A DNA stretch of 64,000 nucleotides from Octopus sinensis (Eukaryota): the NCBI RefSeq assembly GCF_006345805.1, contig NC_043005.1, forward strand, positions 97,402,001 through 97,466,000. The letters run 5' to 3'. Both the position numbers and the translations under genes were made by a program. Under the pieces are notes generated by a model, which did no database searches, was not told where the DNA came from, and saw nothing but the letters and a program-made list of their open reading frames with translations. Every line of letters starts with the position of its first letter. Position 1 is the stretch's first letter. Positions 51,500 through 64,000 of the stretch are shown here, piece after piece.

Positions 51500-51870
51500 T
51501 AGGCACAGGAGTGGCAAGTAGCTTGCTTACCAACCACATGGTTCTGGGTTCAGTTCCACTGCATGGCACCTTGGGCAAGTGTCTTCTACTATAGCCTCGG
51601 GCCGACCAAAGCCTTGTGAGTGGATTTGGTAAACGGAAACTGAAAGAAGCCCGTCGTATATATGTGTGTCTGTGTTTGTCCCCGCAACATCGCTTGACAA
51701 CCGATGCTGGTGTGTTTACATCCCCGTAACTTAGCGGTTCAGCAAAAAAGACTGATAGAATAAGTACTAGGCTTACACAGAATAATTCCTGGGGTCGATC
51801 TGCTTGACTAAAAAGGTGGTGCTCCAGCATGGCCGCAGCCAAATGACTAAAACAAGTAAAAGAATAAAAA
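51500..51870 (+). mobile_element. Full OR2-like CORE SINE
   Basis: ggcacaggagtggc head, ggcaccttgggcaagtg CORE-like box and (taaaaga)n tail. Confidence 0.85.
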
Positions 51871-51919
51871 GTATATATTATAGACTATCAGTTTTGATAT
51901 TTTTGTCAGTCATAATGTT

Positions 51920-52780
51920 TAGGTTGTATGTGACATTTGAATTCTGCCAACAATTTGTAAAGAAGCCTGCAGACGTTGCAAGTGCAAGTGGTATATTTGC
52001 AGCTGCTTTTCTCCTTTGCCTTGCACCACCTCTAAGCATGTTAATACTGGTTGCAACAGTCTCTTAAACCAATTTGACACAACAATCTCCATTTACTTGT
52101 TTCAGTCACCCAACTGCATCTATGCTGGAGCACTGCTTTGAAGAGTTTTAGTTGAACAAATCAACCCCTAAAATCTTTTTAAAGCCTAATAGTTATTTTA
52201 TCAGTCTCTTTTGCCAAACTGCTAAGTTACAGGGACATAAATACACCAACATCAGCTGTCAAGTGTTAATGGGGGTGGGGACAGACACATATATACGAGC
52301 TTCTTTCGGCTCCCATCTACCAAATCCACTTACAAGGCTTTGGTTGGTCCAAGGCTATAGTAGAAGACACTTACCCACAGTGCCATGCAGTGGGACTGAA
52401 CCCAGAGCCATGTGGTTGGGAAGCAAGCTTCTTACTACTTACCAAGAGATGTTAACATGAGCAAGAAAACAAACACAAGTGCTCTTTGAATTAAGCCATT
52501 TGCCATTTTTTTTTTATGGCATCAAGTTACAGACACTGCCAGTGAATCAGTAATTGGCTCATTGGAAATCTATTACTGATGCAATTGTCTTCCAACTGCA
52601 ACATATCAGTAGTTTCCAGAAATCTGCTGAACACTGTCTCTTTTTCCACAGTATCCACATTTTCGGAACTTTTGCATGGAATACTTTTATTCCTTCTCCC
52701 AAGACCAGCAGGCTTAGCTACATCTTGCCAAATATGGATCCCTCACGATCCCCACACAAAATCTTTAAGTAGTGTAGTTT
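51920..52780 (-). mobile_element. Ancient RTE C-terminal remnant split by a SINE (52090-52440)
   Basis: Minus-strand RQRRK and decayed CxxC..H traces plus an IKVFHAKV-like segment. Highly degenerate. Confidence 0.35.
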
Positions 52781-53089
52781 GGGGTTCAGCTGATTGAATA
52801 TACTCCAATCACCAAGACTACCACCATTAATCTTAGCAGGATGAGAGATAAAGTGGACCTCACATGGGATTAAGAATGTAAAGATTAAATGCAGTAAAAT
52901 ACTTATTCTAACATTCTAATGAGTCTCTTAACCTATGTTTCTGCTATATATTAACATCACAAGACTGTCAAGGGAGTGAAGTAAGCATGAGAATGAAAGC
53001 TCTGTACTATTACATTTTCTGCACTGCTACTGAAATACCAGAACATGTGAAGCCAATAATGCTGGTAAGAAGAAGTAGTCCTCAAAGAG

Positions 53090-53800
53090 TGCATGTGAAA
53101 CAACACAGTGAAAGCCAAAAGGAAGCTGTGATGTGAAACAAACTTCTCTCACTTGGGAATATGGAATGGCAGAACCAAGTTTGAAAACTGGAATAAAGGC
53201 CAAGATTGCAGCTAAGATGAAGCTCTACAAGCTCTCAGTATTAGGACTATGACATGAGGGGGATGCGAGCAAAACATATGTGCCTAGATACAAAGGAAAA
53301 CTGCTCTATTCAGGGCATAAAAAGGACAGTGTACCACACAATGATGGAATGGTCAACTGTATTGCCCATTACCATCATAGGTTATCAGAAAAGCTAATCA
53401 CTGCCTCCATAATGCTCGGACCCATCTTGAGATCACAGACCTTGTCAATGAATATAAAATTCAGGATTTTAAACCTGAGTATGAAGATAGTGCTTCTATA
53501 TGTGCATAAAACATAGTGAATCACAAAGTTCTTTATTGACAAGTATTAAATATTTGTGAACAGAGGTCTCTGGAATGTCCTTCAGGTGAAATTGCAAGAG
53601 AGAGACTTACAAAACCTTATGGGAAAAGTCAAGCCATCAACCTACTGAAACCTAAATCAAGTGAAAGAAATGGGGTTGGCTGAGACACCCAATAGAAACT
53701 GGTTTCTAATTATGCTGATGGTTACTGATAGGGATAAGTGTGGCAGACCAAAATCATGGAGAAGGTCCACAGAAAATGAAGCACTGGTAGGTAGGTACAC
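53090..53800 (+). mobile_element. Internally deleted old RTE (endonuclease N-terminus joined to post-RT region)
   Basis: IAAKMKLYKLSVLGL..LLYSGH..H.DG, then KFRILN.SMK.VLLY..KT and W.W..H..GRP..SWRR. Confidence 0.6.
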
Positions 53801-56152
53801 CTGCAACCAACTGTTAAAGATCAAAAGAGTTTTTTTTTGAGAAGTGCTCATCAGATATTCATGAAACCTTCCCTGACTCACTAGCCTTAGATCATGGATT
53901 AGCTCAAACCCACACCTTGTTTGCCCTACATGTTGGAATTGATTCAACAAGAGAATGGTTTGCAGAAGAGCTCAATGAGATTATCTGTTGAGGAGTGAAA
54001 TAATGTAATGATTCAGGTACTTATCCTTCTTCTGAGAGAGAGAATAAATAGAAATGTTCTCTTGAAACAAATGTGTTTTATGCTTCCTTTTCAGACTGAG
54101 GTAAGTTTTGCCTTTCTTTTTACTAAGTTCAGAAGCTAAAGAAAAAAATGTTGTATGAGCAAGGTGCTGAAACAAGAACCATAAAATGAACTTAGCTGAC
54201 TTTAAATGACTGCCAAAAGAGTAGAAATGTGGGATTGACAGCCTCTCTTGTACATATGCAGCAGTGCACTTCAAAGTGGTTGGTGAATGAGCAGAGACAA
54301 TATGAGGTAACAGAATTCTTGAGATTGGTGTTAGGAAAAGCACATGGCCATAATAAATAAACAAAAAAAAAAAAAAAAAAAAACTGGAACATCTGAGTGA
54401 GATCGGTCTCTTTGACCTGACTATGAGGAAAAGGGACTGTAATTCTTAACAAGAATTGACTCAGACTATGATACCTCTCCAATCAAAGATAGCTTGGAAG
54501 AATAAATATAAAACAATAATAATGATAATTTTGGTTGACTTATAAGGAACCCTAGTGCCAACTCCTTCTTTGCTACAAGTAAATTTGAATTCAATGTTGC
54601 AAGTCAATGTAACATTTTCCCCAGTGATTCAGTGCTTCTCTGCTGTTCACTATAGTTATAGCTGCACTTTATCATGGAACCAATTTGGAAGAAAAGAAAC
54701 ATGGATTTTGATTTTGTAAATTACAGGTCTCTATTTCTCTTTATAACCATTTCTGCCAACACTTGAAACTGTATGAAAGCAGAAACATAATCAAGCATAA
54801 AGATTCTCACCACCTTTGCATAAACCACTGTATGTTATGGAAACATACTATAATCAGTTATGTATGATTTCACAGTGATAAAATCAGCAGCTTCTCCCAA
54901 GCTGAATTTTTAAATCTATAAACAGAAGCAGTGTCCTCTCCAAAGGCGACTTTTCTCTATTCATAAATGATTAAAAACAGTGGGTTCTGTATTTTCACAA
55001 TTTTCTTCTTTTTTTTTTAAAAAAAAAGAGCATTGTTTAAAGATATGAAAATCTGAAACAAATGATCAAATATCCTCCAACTCATAAAAGCCTGGAAAAG
55101 AGGATGTTAAAATGATAACAACAACGAGGCTATCAACATTGAAGCAAGTGTGAATCCAAAAGCAATTATTCTTTTCTTCTCTAGGCACAAAGCCCGAAAT
55201 TTTAGGGAAATGGGCCAGTCGATTAGATTGGCCCATTACGCAACTGGTACTTTATTGACCCCAAAAGGATGAAAGGCAAAGTTGACCTCGGCGGAATTTG
55301 AACTCAGACCGTAAAGACAGATGAAATACCGCTAAGCATTTTGCCCAGCGTGCAAAAAGCAATTATTATGACAAGTCCTACAATCTACTGGAAATAGCAT
55401 TCAAATCTCTCTCAAATCACACCCTATTAAGAAAGGGGACACTGGATGATGTAGTCCCAAATACATTATACCTGTGGGTGGGTGGGGGGTGCAGGCCACC
55501 TTTCCTAGGTCTGACCTTAGGCTAATCAACAACAATGTTCAGTGATGATATGCTAACATTTGTCAGAAGTATAGCCACCAGAATTGACCCTATTAAATTA
55601 CTGGTACATACTTTGTAAACCAAATTTAAGTGAGAGGTAAAGTTTAGTCACAGTGTGATTTGAATCCAAAACAAAATGTCGAAAGGCTTCAAGTCCTTCA
55701 ACGGGGCACTCTGTAATCTCATTACATTAATAACAATTTTGATTTCTGATACAAGCAGAAATGTGGGAGATAGTTAGAGGTTGATTAAATGGGTCTCAGG
55801 ACATAAAAACATCAACTAAATAAGACTAAGTATTTTGTCCAACCTTCTCACAATTCTGTCAATTCATTGCTATTAGATCCGTCACGAACCCAAGGACACA
55901 TAAGGCTGGAGCTCAACCAGGTTTTCATGGCATATGAATGATTGAAATTACAAAACTCCCCACTGAATGGGATGCCAGTCCATCACAGGGTTAACTTACA
56001 AGCTATTACTGGAATCCATTTAAAACTGGCACTGGTATTCTGCTAGTTACAATGATGAGGGTTCCAGACAATCTGTTCAACAGAACAGCCTGCTTGTGGG
56101 AATTAATGTGCAAGTGGTTGAGCACTCACTCCACTGACACACATGCCCTTGA

Positions 56153-56370
56153 GCCTTTTGTTACCAACCTGGCTGAAGCAGGCTCTGGCTCTGTGTACAA
56201 ATGTCTTGTTTTCATAAGTTTTGAATTAAAATCTTCCACCAAACCTTAGTCACAATTCGTTCCCAACACTAGCTTAATGATAACTAAGTTATTTTATTAA
56301 ATTCTTTGACATATTTAAAGCAAGTGAAAAAAGCACAGAGCATCTCAAAATAAATACGATAACGAAAGGG
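56153..56370. mobile_element. piggyBac-type MITE inserted at the TTAA of an OR1-like SINE (56028-56430, minus strand)
   Basis: tt(g)a|gccttttgttac ... ataacgaaaggg|ttaa. The intact SINE reads acccttaacgtagttctc at this site. Confidence 0.8.
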
Positions 56371-57694
56371 TTAATGTAGTTCTCAGGGAGACTTAACATG
56401 ACACAGAATGTGACAAGGCTGGCTCTTAGGTTCTACTCGTTTTTGCCAGCTGAATGGACTGCAGCAACTTGTTCAAGGATACAACATACCACCAAGAATC
56501 AAACTCTCGACTGTGAGCTTAATACCCTAACCACTAAGCTATACACCTGCACTGGAATCCATTTACAGCTGAGTAGACTGAGGTGATGTGAAATGAAGTG
56601 TCTTGCTCAAGAATACAATGTACAATCTCATCCAGGAATTGAACCCATAATTTTATGATTATGAATGCAACACCCTAAGCACCAGGCCACATGCTTTCAA
56701 TTTGGTGCTGTTACCTTAATATGATTTCTTAGATTGGCATAAGGCCAGAAATTTGGGAGAGGAAACAACTGATTGTATTGATCCTAATACTTGATGGGTA
56801 CTATAGTTTCTTAACCCTGGGAAGAAGATGAAAGCTAAGTTGCTTCAATGGAATTTGAAACCGAAATGTTCAAGACTAACACCATGAAGTATTTTGTCTC
56901 ATTCAGCCACACCATCTCCCTAAGTGAAATAATAAAATAACCCACCCATCCACTTCCACAATGAAGTGAATTCTAGTGTTTGTGGAGTGTTCATGGATAT
57001 GACACACAATCAACCCGATACTAAAAAAATTAGTCTGTCTCCTCTTGAGCTAAAATTCTCACTGGAACACACAATCTATTTTCCAACTGGGTCGAGAGGA
57101 TGAAATGTCTACTTAAGACACACCTGCAGTAGCTTCGGTGATACTATGTTAGAGAGACAGTGAAGTCAGATATCAAATTCATTTAAATATTTCAAGTCAA
57201 TAAAGCAGCCCAATGTACTAGAAATAGTAGCTAAATCTCCCTCAAATAATGCCTCCAATAACATTGGATTGTGTTGATAACGACACATTTTACTATCAAT
57301 GAAAGGACATGTTAGATATTGTTGTCAAAGACACACTGTGCCTGAAAAAAAAAACAAGTGGTGTTAGTCATGGCTGGAATGCTTATGATGATAGGTCTGC
57401 TTGACCAAAGATGTACTGGGGCCAAACAACAATAAAAACAACTCAATTATTTCACAAAAATCAAATTTAAAGAAAAAAAATTGTAATGGGGAGAAAAAGA
57501 GATTTTCAACATATTCTCTTTGCTTGGTTTTGAAATAATCCTCAATGTGTTGACCAGTGTTTAAAAGAGGGACCCAAAAAAATTTAACATTGGGTGGTGG
57601 TCACTTTTTCTTTTTTTTTTTCTTTTTAATTTTATTACTCCATGTCATAAAAAAAAAATCTTTATTTCCCCCCCAAAAATTCTTAGAAAATATT

Positions 57695-57790
57695 TTATTT
57701 AACATCAAACCGAGGTATAACTGGCAAGATTAGATTCCCAAATGAAGAGTCCTGAGGAATGAAATAACCTACTGAGTTCGCGTGAGCATG
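57695..57790 (-). CDS. INIP: SOSS complex subunit C (INTS3/NABP-interacting protein), last coding exon
   Basis: Strong acceptor (t)10catttcag|, then HAHANSVGYFIPQDSSFGNLILPVIPRFDVK*. This matches the recalled vertebrate INIP C-terminus HAHAHSSGYFITQDSAFGNLILPVLPRLDPE. Upstream exons were not found and probably lie beyond 64000. Confidence 0.92.
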   Translation of the reverse strand, partial: HAHANSVGYFIPQDSSFGNLILPVIPRFDVK

Positions 57791-57890
57791 CTGAAATGAA
57801 AAAAAAAAGAAAGAAAAATATTGATAAATAATAAAATATTACATATTTAACAAAAGGAAGCTATGTAGTCACACAGAGAGAAAGACAGAC

Positions 57891-57937
<47 letters not shown>

Positions 57938-58012
57938 GGGACAATTCACGAAAAAAACAAGGTGTAGAAAAGAAACAGATGTATTAGTATAACGCTCGGG
58001 AATTGAAAAAGT

Positions 58013-58048
58013 CTTTAATGTTTTGAGCCTATGCTCTTCCACAGAAAG
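58013..58048 (-). ncRNA. Decayed hammerhead motif (same family as 19633) in the INIP last intron
   Basis: CUUU-CUGUGGA-A-GAGC AUAG GCUC-AAAA-CA-UU-AAAG, with G12 lost. Confidence 0.55.
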
Positions 58049-58827
58049 AAACACAGAAAGAAACAAGGAGAGAAAAAAAATGTGTGTAGTGGCTAGCGAT
58101 CTATCATAGCGAATGCTGGACAGAAGGGTCACACATGAGAGCTAAGAAGTAGGGGAGAAAACAAAGTAGTAGTGATACCAAAACGAAGGTGCGCGTGTGT
58201 GTATGAGAGTACATATGTGCGTGTGAAAGAGGGCTGATCTTGACGTGTGCACATGTGTATGTGTAGATGTGAAAATGTGGGGATGGGAATCGGTCAGTGC
58301 TGGTGTGTGCATGGTGGTGTGTTGTGATGGTGTTGGGGGAGGCAAGAGTGGGGAAGCACGAGTATACACACACACACACACAGGGTGTCCCATAATTAAC
58401 TATCCATTTCAATGAAATCTGGCAAACTTAAAAAAAACCAAAAAGACAGAATTTTATGTTCATTAATTATGCTACCAAACAAAACGATTTACATGTCTTC
58501 GTTAGTGTTGTGAAACGCATTTTGAAGCATTTCAGCAGTTACCTCCTGCACTGCTAAGTAAATGTGTTATGTAAATTCAGCTAAACTATTGCTCCATCTG
58601 GGGGATGGAGACAGAGAAAATGATTGCAGCCGAATTGAGTAAAAGCTGCCATGGACACATAAGTGGGATCCAACAGGAATGAAAATAAAATTATGAAAAA
58701 AATAAAAATTATAATCTAAATTAAAAAATTTATACATTGTCAGGGTCAATAAAAGAGTATCATAAATAACAGTGAGTTTTTAAAAAAATTGTCTAGGTTC
58801 ACTGAAATACTTAATTCTGGTGTCACA

Positions 58828-59210
58828 TCTCTCTATATATAAAGCTGAAGTTGTCTGTGTGTGGCAGGTGTTTGGTAGCCTTCAACTAACACTATCTCTT
58901 CCGAGACCCTGCGGCGCAAGTTGACCAAAATTGAGAGTATGATAGAAGAAGGCTTGCTCTTCCTTCCGTAGAAGAAAAAATTCAAATCGGACAATGTTAA
59001 CACCAATAATTATTTACATCAAAAAGGTGCTTTTTTTTTCTATGAAAATCCCTATTTTTTACGATTTTGTGACTGCTGTGTCGTCATTTTTTGGTGTATT
59101 TCAACCAGAAAAATGTTCACTTAAAGAGAATAACAAGCTACATAATGCAAAATGTTTACTTTTCAAAAATTCCAATTCTAAAGGGTCGAAACAAACCCGA
59201 GCATCGCTAG
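58828..59210 (+). mobile_element. Non-autonomous Helitron-type element
   Basis: a|TCtctctatatataaa ... gCTAG|t; inverted near-copy of 32326-32716. Confidence 0.8.
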
Positions 59211-59781
59211 TATAAAATAAATGAAGATGAATTGATAGTCAATAGTTCAATAGCATGTTAATTCATTTGCACACTATATAGATTACATATGATGTGATAT
59301 CACATAGTTTTCACTATTTTCTACTCTAAATCACCAGGTAGACAGAATCGATCACATCAGAAACTATGGAGTTGATAACCATGATCATTAAGATCCAAAC
59401 CAAATGATGTGATGTAATGTGTGTGTGTGTGTATAAATAATCAGCTCCAAGTTGTCTTTCTTGGCATCTGGTGCTGAAGAGAATTTTGAAGAGCAATTTC
59501 AAAATGCATCCATCAGTGTAACAGAGAGTACTGTGAGTTGACTATGGCATTTAAACACTTTTTTTGTTTTGAGTGAGAAAATAAATTTTTTTATGACAAA
59601 CTGCAGTGAAAAGCCTTTATAGGTTCAAATACCTCTCAAGCATATTTGAACTGATCTTAGGTTTGTATACTTTCCTTCACTGCTTCACACATCTACACAC
59701 AAAACACACATATATTACCAAAGTGGTTTGAAATCAGAAGGCAAAGAGCCACAACAAATATGTAAAGGTACCCAGTCTAAT

Positions 59782-60000
59782 AAGGCGGTGAGCTGGCAGA
59801 AACGTTAGCATGCTGGGCGAAATGCTTAGTGGTATTTCGTCTGTCACTACATTCTGAATTCAAATTCCGCTGAGGTTGACTTTGCCTTTCATCTTTTCGG
59901 GGTCGATTAAATAAGTACCAGTTACGCACTGGGGTCGATATAATCGACTTAATCCATTTGTCCTCTTTGTGTTTAGCGCCTTGTGGGTAGTAAAGAAAAT
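59782..60000 (+). mobile_element. Full Meta-like SINE with 16-bp TSD
   Basis: TSD aggta(c/t)ccagtctaat at 59766-59781 and 60001-60016. Confidence 0.9.
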
Positions 60001-61026
60001 AGGTATCCAGTCTAATTTTTGTACATTTCAGCCAATCTACCTCCCTGGATTGGTACTCTTTTTTTTTTATTGACTCTGAAAGGGTGAAAGGCAGAGTTGA
60101 CCGTGGCAGCATTTAAACTCAAGGGTGCTGAGAGTCAGAACAGATCCTACTACAATGCACTCTACCCAATGTTCTAATGACTGCCAATTAAATTTTTTTT
60201 AACATAGTTAATAATCTGTTTCACTGAAGAGATCTAACAAGATTGAAGCATGTTCAGAATTGTTTGAAATGATTAAAATAATACTAGTAGTAGTAAAATA
60301 ATTACTAAAATAGTAATTGGAATAAGGCTGGTGCTGTAGTCAATGGTAAATATCAGTATGGCAAGGGAAGGAGAAAGGATAGGAAACAAGTTAAATAATA
60401 GTTTACTATATTTTTAACTTTAAAATATTTTCTTTTTTTTTTATCTATACTTTTCATTAAAACACGTGATTGAGATTGACTGCTGTGTGATATTTAATGT
60501 GGTGCTACTGTCTCTGTTCTTACTGTTATGATTAACAATAGGAAATTAAAAATAAACATGAGTAATACACACACACACACATACAACATTGGTGATAAGC
60601 AGAGAAAGATAACTGTTAATATTTCAACTTTAGTAAGGCAGTGGAGCTGGCAGAATCGTTAGCACGCCAAGTTGAATGCTTGGTGGCATTTTGTCTGTCT
60701 TCAGGTTCCGAGTTCAAATTCCACCATAATCGACTTTGCTTTCCATCCTTTTGGGGTCGATAAAAGAAGTACCAGTTGAACACTGGAGTTGGTGTAATTG
60801 ATTTAGTCTCTCCCCTGAAATTGCTGGCCATATGCCAAAATTTGAAACCAATATTTCAGCTTCAGTAGATCATGAATGTAAATTATGTAGAAAATGCCAA
60901 AATAGGTTTCCCTGCTACTATGCATAAGTTTGAACCTGTATATATAATTTTCTCTATCTTAATTGTTGAGCTTTATCATTTGTACCCACATAGGCGTAGG
61001 AGTGGCTGTGTAGTAATAATAATAAT

Positions 61027-61262
61027 GTAGTTGTAGGTGCATTGGGAACAATTCCTAAAGAACTGAACAGATTGTTAGAGGAAAGCTCCAGAAAACAGTG
61101 TTATTAGGGACAGCTAAGATACTTAGGAGGGTTCTTGGCATCTAAAGTTATTTGCTGTAACCCAATAGGAGAGTTCTTGGTATCTAAGGCTACTTGTTGT
61201 AGCCCGATGTTAGGATCTTTTCTTTTCCAACAGTCTAATCTGTTGTGTGTATATGAAAATAA
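61027..61262 (+). mobile_element. 3' end of an RLE-type (R4/Dong-like) non-LTR retrotransposon at (TAA)n
   Basis: VVVGALGTIPKEL and LQKTVLLGTAKILRRVLGI*, typical of R4-clade C-termini. Preceded by (AAT)n, and the stop region is duplicated. Confidence 0.75.
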
Positions 61263-61269
61263 TTATTTT

Positions 61270-62340
61270 AAACTTTTGCCACAAGGACAGCTTGGGGAAG
61301 GTGGGGGTGAGTCAATTACATCGACCCCAGTGTTCAACAGGTACTTATTTTATCAACCCCAAAAGGATGAAAAGCCAAGTCAACTTTCGTGGAATTTGAA
61401 TTCAGATTGGAGCGACAGTTTTCTTCTGATCCACAGGCGCATGCTTAATGTTGGCCCATTCACTTGGACCATTCTTGCTACATTCAACTACTTTTTAACA
61501 AAATTGAAATGATAATAATAATCCTTTTGACTATAGGCACAAGGCCTGAAATTTGGGGGGAGGGGACAAGTCTATTACATTGACTCCAGTCATCAACTGC
61601 TACTTATTTTATTGACCTCGAAAGGATGAAATGCAAAGCTGACCGTGTCAGAATTTGAACTGAGCATGTAAAAACAGACGAAATGTTGCTAAGCATTTTG
61701 TCCGGTGTGGCAACCACTTTGCCAGCTCACCACCTTATGAAATAATAATAATAATACTATAGGCACAAGGCCTGGAATTTTGCAGGAGGGGACTAGATTA
61801 CACTGACCCCAGTGCTCAACTGGTACTTATTTTATTGACCCTGAAAGGATGAAAGGCTAAGTCAAGCCTGGCAGAATCTGAATTCAGAACGTAAGGACGG
61901 ATGAAATGCTGCCAAGCATTCTGCCCAGCATGCCAATGATTCTGCCAGCTCACCGCCTTATGAAATAATAATAATCCTTTCTACAATAGGCACAAGGCCT
62001 GAAATCTTTTGAGTCAATTACATCAACCCCAGTACAAAACTGGTACTTATTTTAACGGACCTGAAAGGATGAAATGCAAAACTGACTGTGGCGTAATTTG
62101 AACTCACAATGTAAAAAAGTTGCTACTAAGCATTTTGTCTAGTGTACTAACGATTCTGTCAGCTTGGTTTCGAAGGAAGTTGATTACATCAGCCCCAGTG
62201 TTCAACTGGGGCTTATTTTGTTAACTTCAAAAAGAGGAATGGCAAAATTGATGCCAGTGGAATTTGAACTTAGAACATACAGAGCCAGGAGAAATGCTGC
62301 CAAGCAATTTTGTCTGGCAAGGTAATAATTCTGCTATTTT
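61270..62340 (-). mobile_element. Head-to-tail array of about 5 Meta-like SINE copies
   Basis: Units of about 220 bp, with a recurring junction caccrccttatgaaataataataat. Confidence 0.8.
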
Positions 62341-63389
62341 GATAACCTCTTTTATTTGACACAAAGGTGTCAAATGAAGGAGACTTTACAAGGACAGCTT
62401 ACAGCTTGTTTGTTTGTTCGTGTGTGTGTGTGTAAGTAATCCACTTAGTAGACTAAATTATATAAAAATATGCAAATTACACAAGTTGCAAATTACAAGA
62501 TGGAAAATCTGACACAAGAAAAAAAAATCTTCCCCCTGTCGTTAAAGACATTTTTATCTTTCAGTGAAACTTTTCATGAAAGGAATCTTGAGTGACATGA
62601 TGGACTTTTCCCCTCTTATTCTGTCAGTGATGCAACACAAAACTTATCTCATAATTTTAGTCAAAAGCTGCCTTGTAGTTGCATCATTCAGTAAGTGTTG
62701 AATGATTTTCAGGATAAAATGGTAAAGAATGAATGCTTCTATTTTTCAAGGCAATAAGACCAACATTATAAAGCTAAAGAAACAATATTGCTTTATAAAA
62801 CAGAAACAAGCAAGTTTGTGGCTTATACAATTAAATTGTGGCAGTGATAGATATAATATAATTCAGTAATGTTTCCTCACATCAAATATCAGGGCTTATA
62901 AGATGTAGTCATTCATTCATGTATATACTTCTTGTTTGGAAGGCTTCCTGTCGAAGAAAGCCCCTTCATAAAATTACATAAATATAATTACATTAAAATT
63001 TTCAGCCAAAAATTTCGGCAGATAGATTTTGAAGATTATTTTGTGTTTGGTACTTGTATTTACTTTAAGTTTTGGGCAGAACTAATTAGTTTTTATTTTT
63101 TGTTATTTTAAACTTTGATGCTTATTTAAGAATAAACTTTAATTCAAGTTCTGTATTTAATGGCATGTAAGACATTTTCCCCAACAAAAACTGTCACAAA
63201 TAATCTCCCTGGATCCTATATAGAAAGGCAGGCCTCCCAAAAACTAATTTTGTTACATACTTTAATACACTAAATTTATTTCTTTCCCAGAATATGCACT
63301 GCTGAAATTGGGTGTGTCTCGTTTTTGCCAACTTGGGTGTATCTAGTTTTTGCCCATGTTTCTTTTATGCCTTCAATCAAATAAAGTAT

Positions 63390-64000
63390 ATTTGCATAAC
63401 ATGCCACTTTGAAGCACAGATTTTGGCCTATTTATTTATGCTAACAGATTTGCTTACGCTGTTTATTCTAGTTTACTTTGTGCAGTGAAATTAAAAATGT
63501 GAGGAAAAAATGTTAATTCAAGCAATTTTACGATAGGTGTTCAAAATGGAATACAAAGCAGAGAAAACTGGTCATGATAACCAACATGATAACCAGCATT
63601 TGGTCAGTATTGAGTTCCAAAAATGTTATAGCGGAGATGAGAGCCTTGAAGATATGGGAGGTTATAGACAATCTTATGTGATTGAGAACTACTAAGAGAG
63701 GGCCATTATTGAAACACCCAAAACAACTCAAGAGGTTACAGAAGAACTAAACAACTACCAGTCAAGAGGTTGTTTGGCATTTGTACCACTTCATAATCAC
63801 ATTGTAACGGTTGATGAAAAATGGATTGTATATGATAACTGATTGCTTTCTGTGGTGAATGGACAGAGGTGAAACAACAAACCACTTCTCTAAATTGAAG
63901 CTGGATCAAAAGAAAGTTGTGATCAGTATTTGGAGGTCAGCAAATGGAGTCCTCCTCTACTATTTCTAGAATCTTGGTGAAATCATTACAGTAGATAAAT
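63390..64000 (+). mobile_element. Degenerate mariner transposase (Hsmar1-like), truncated by the window end
   Basis: GDESLED, HIVTVDEKWIVYDN, KKVVISIWRSANGV and GEIITVDK. Confidence 0.85.

Overview
This is AT-rich, repeat-dominated eukaryotic DNA. The SINE families, RTE LINEs and (TA)n/(CA)n/(GA)n density suggest an octopus (coleoid cephalopod) genome; this is inferred from recalled repeat families. Almost every listed ORF is a microsatellite or transposon artefact. One host gene is firmly recognisable and is absent from the ORF track: the last coding exon of INIP/SOSS-C on the minus strand (57695-57790). There are also candidate minus-strand exons of a signal-peptide or signal-anchor gene (8936-8999, 6209-6315). 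Mobile DNA includes RTE LINEs with a PHD finger embedded in the RT, a Gypsy-like pol, Penelope-like (GIY-YIG) remnants, an R4/Dong-like 3' end, two mariners, Helitron-type and TIR MITEs, and three tRNA-derived SINE families. The most notable structure: (1) at least 7-8 minimal type-I hammerhead ribozyme motifs, from several unrelated short elements mostly sitting in (TA)n tracts, with associated fold-back palindromes; (2) a 2.8-kb palindrome-bearing 63/53-bp satellite that runs into a piggyBac-type MITE end; (3) a SINE that repeatedly inserts at the same GGTAT site of its own family. Repeat boundaries are read by eye and are approximate unless TSDs or TIRs are cited.
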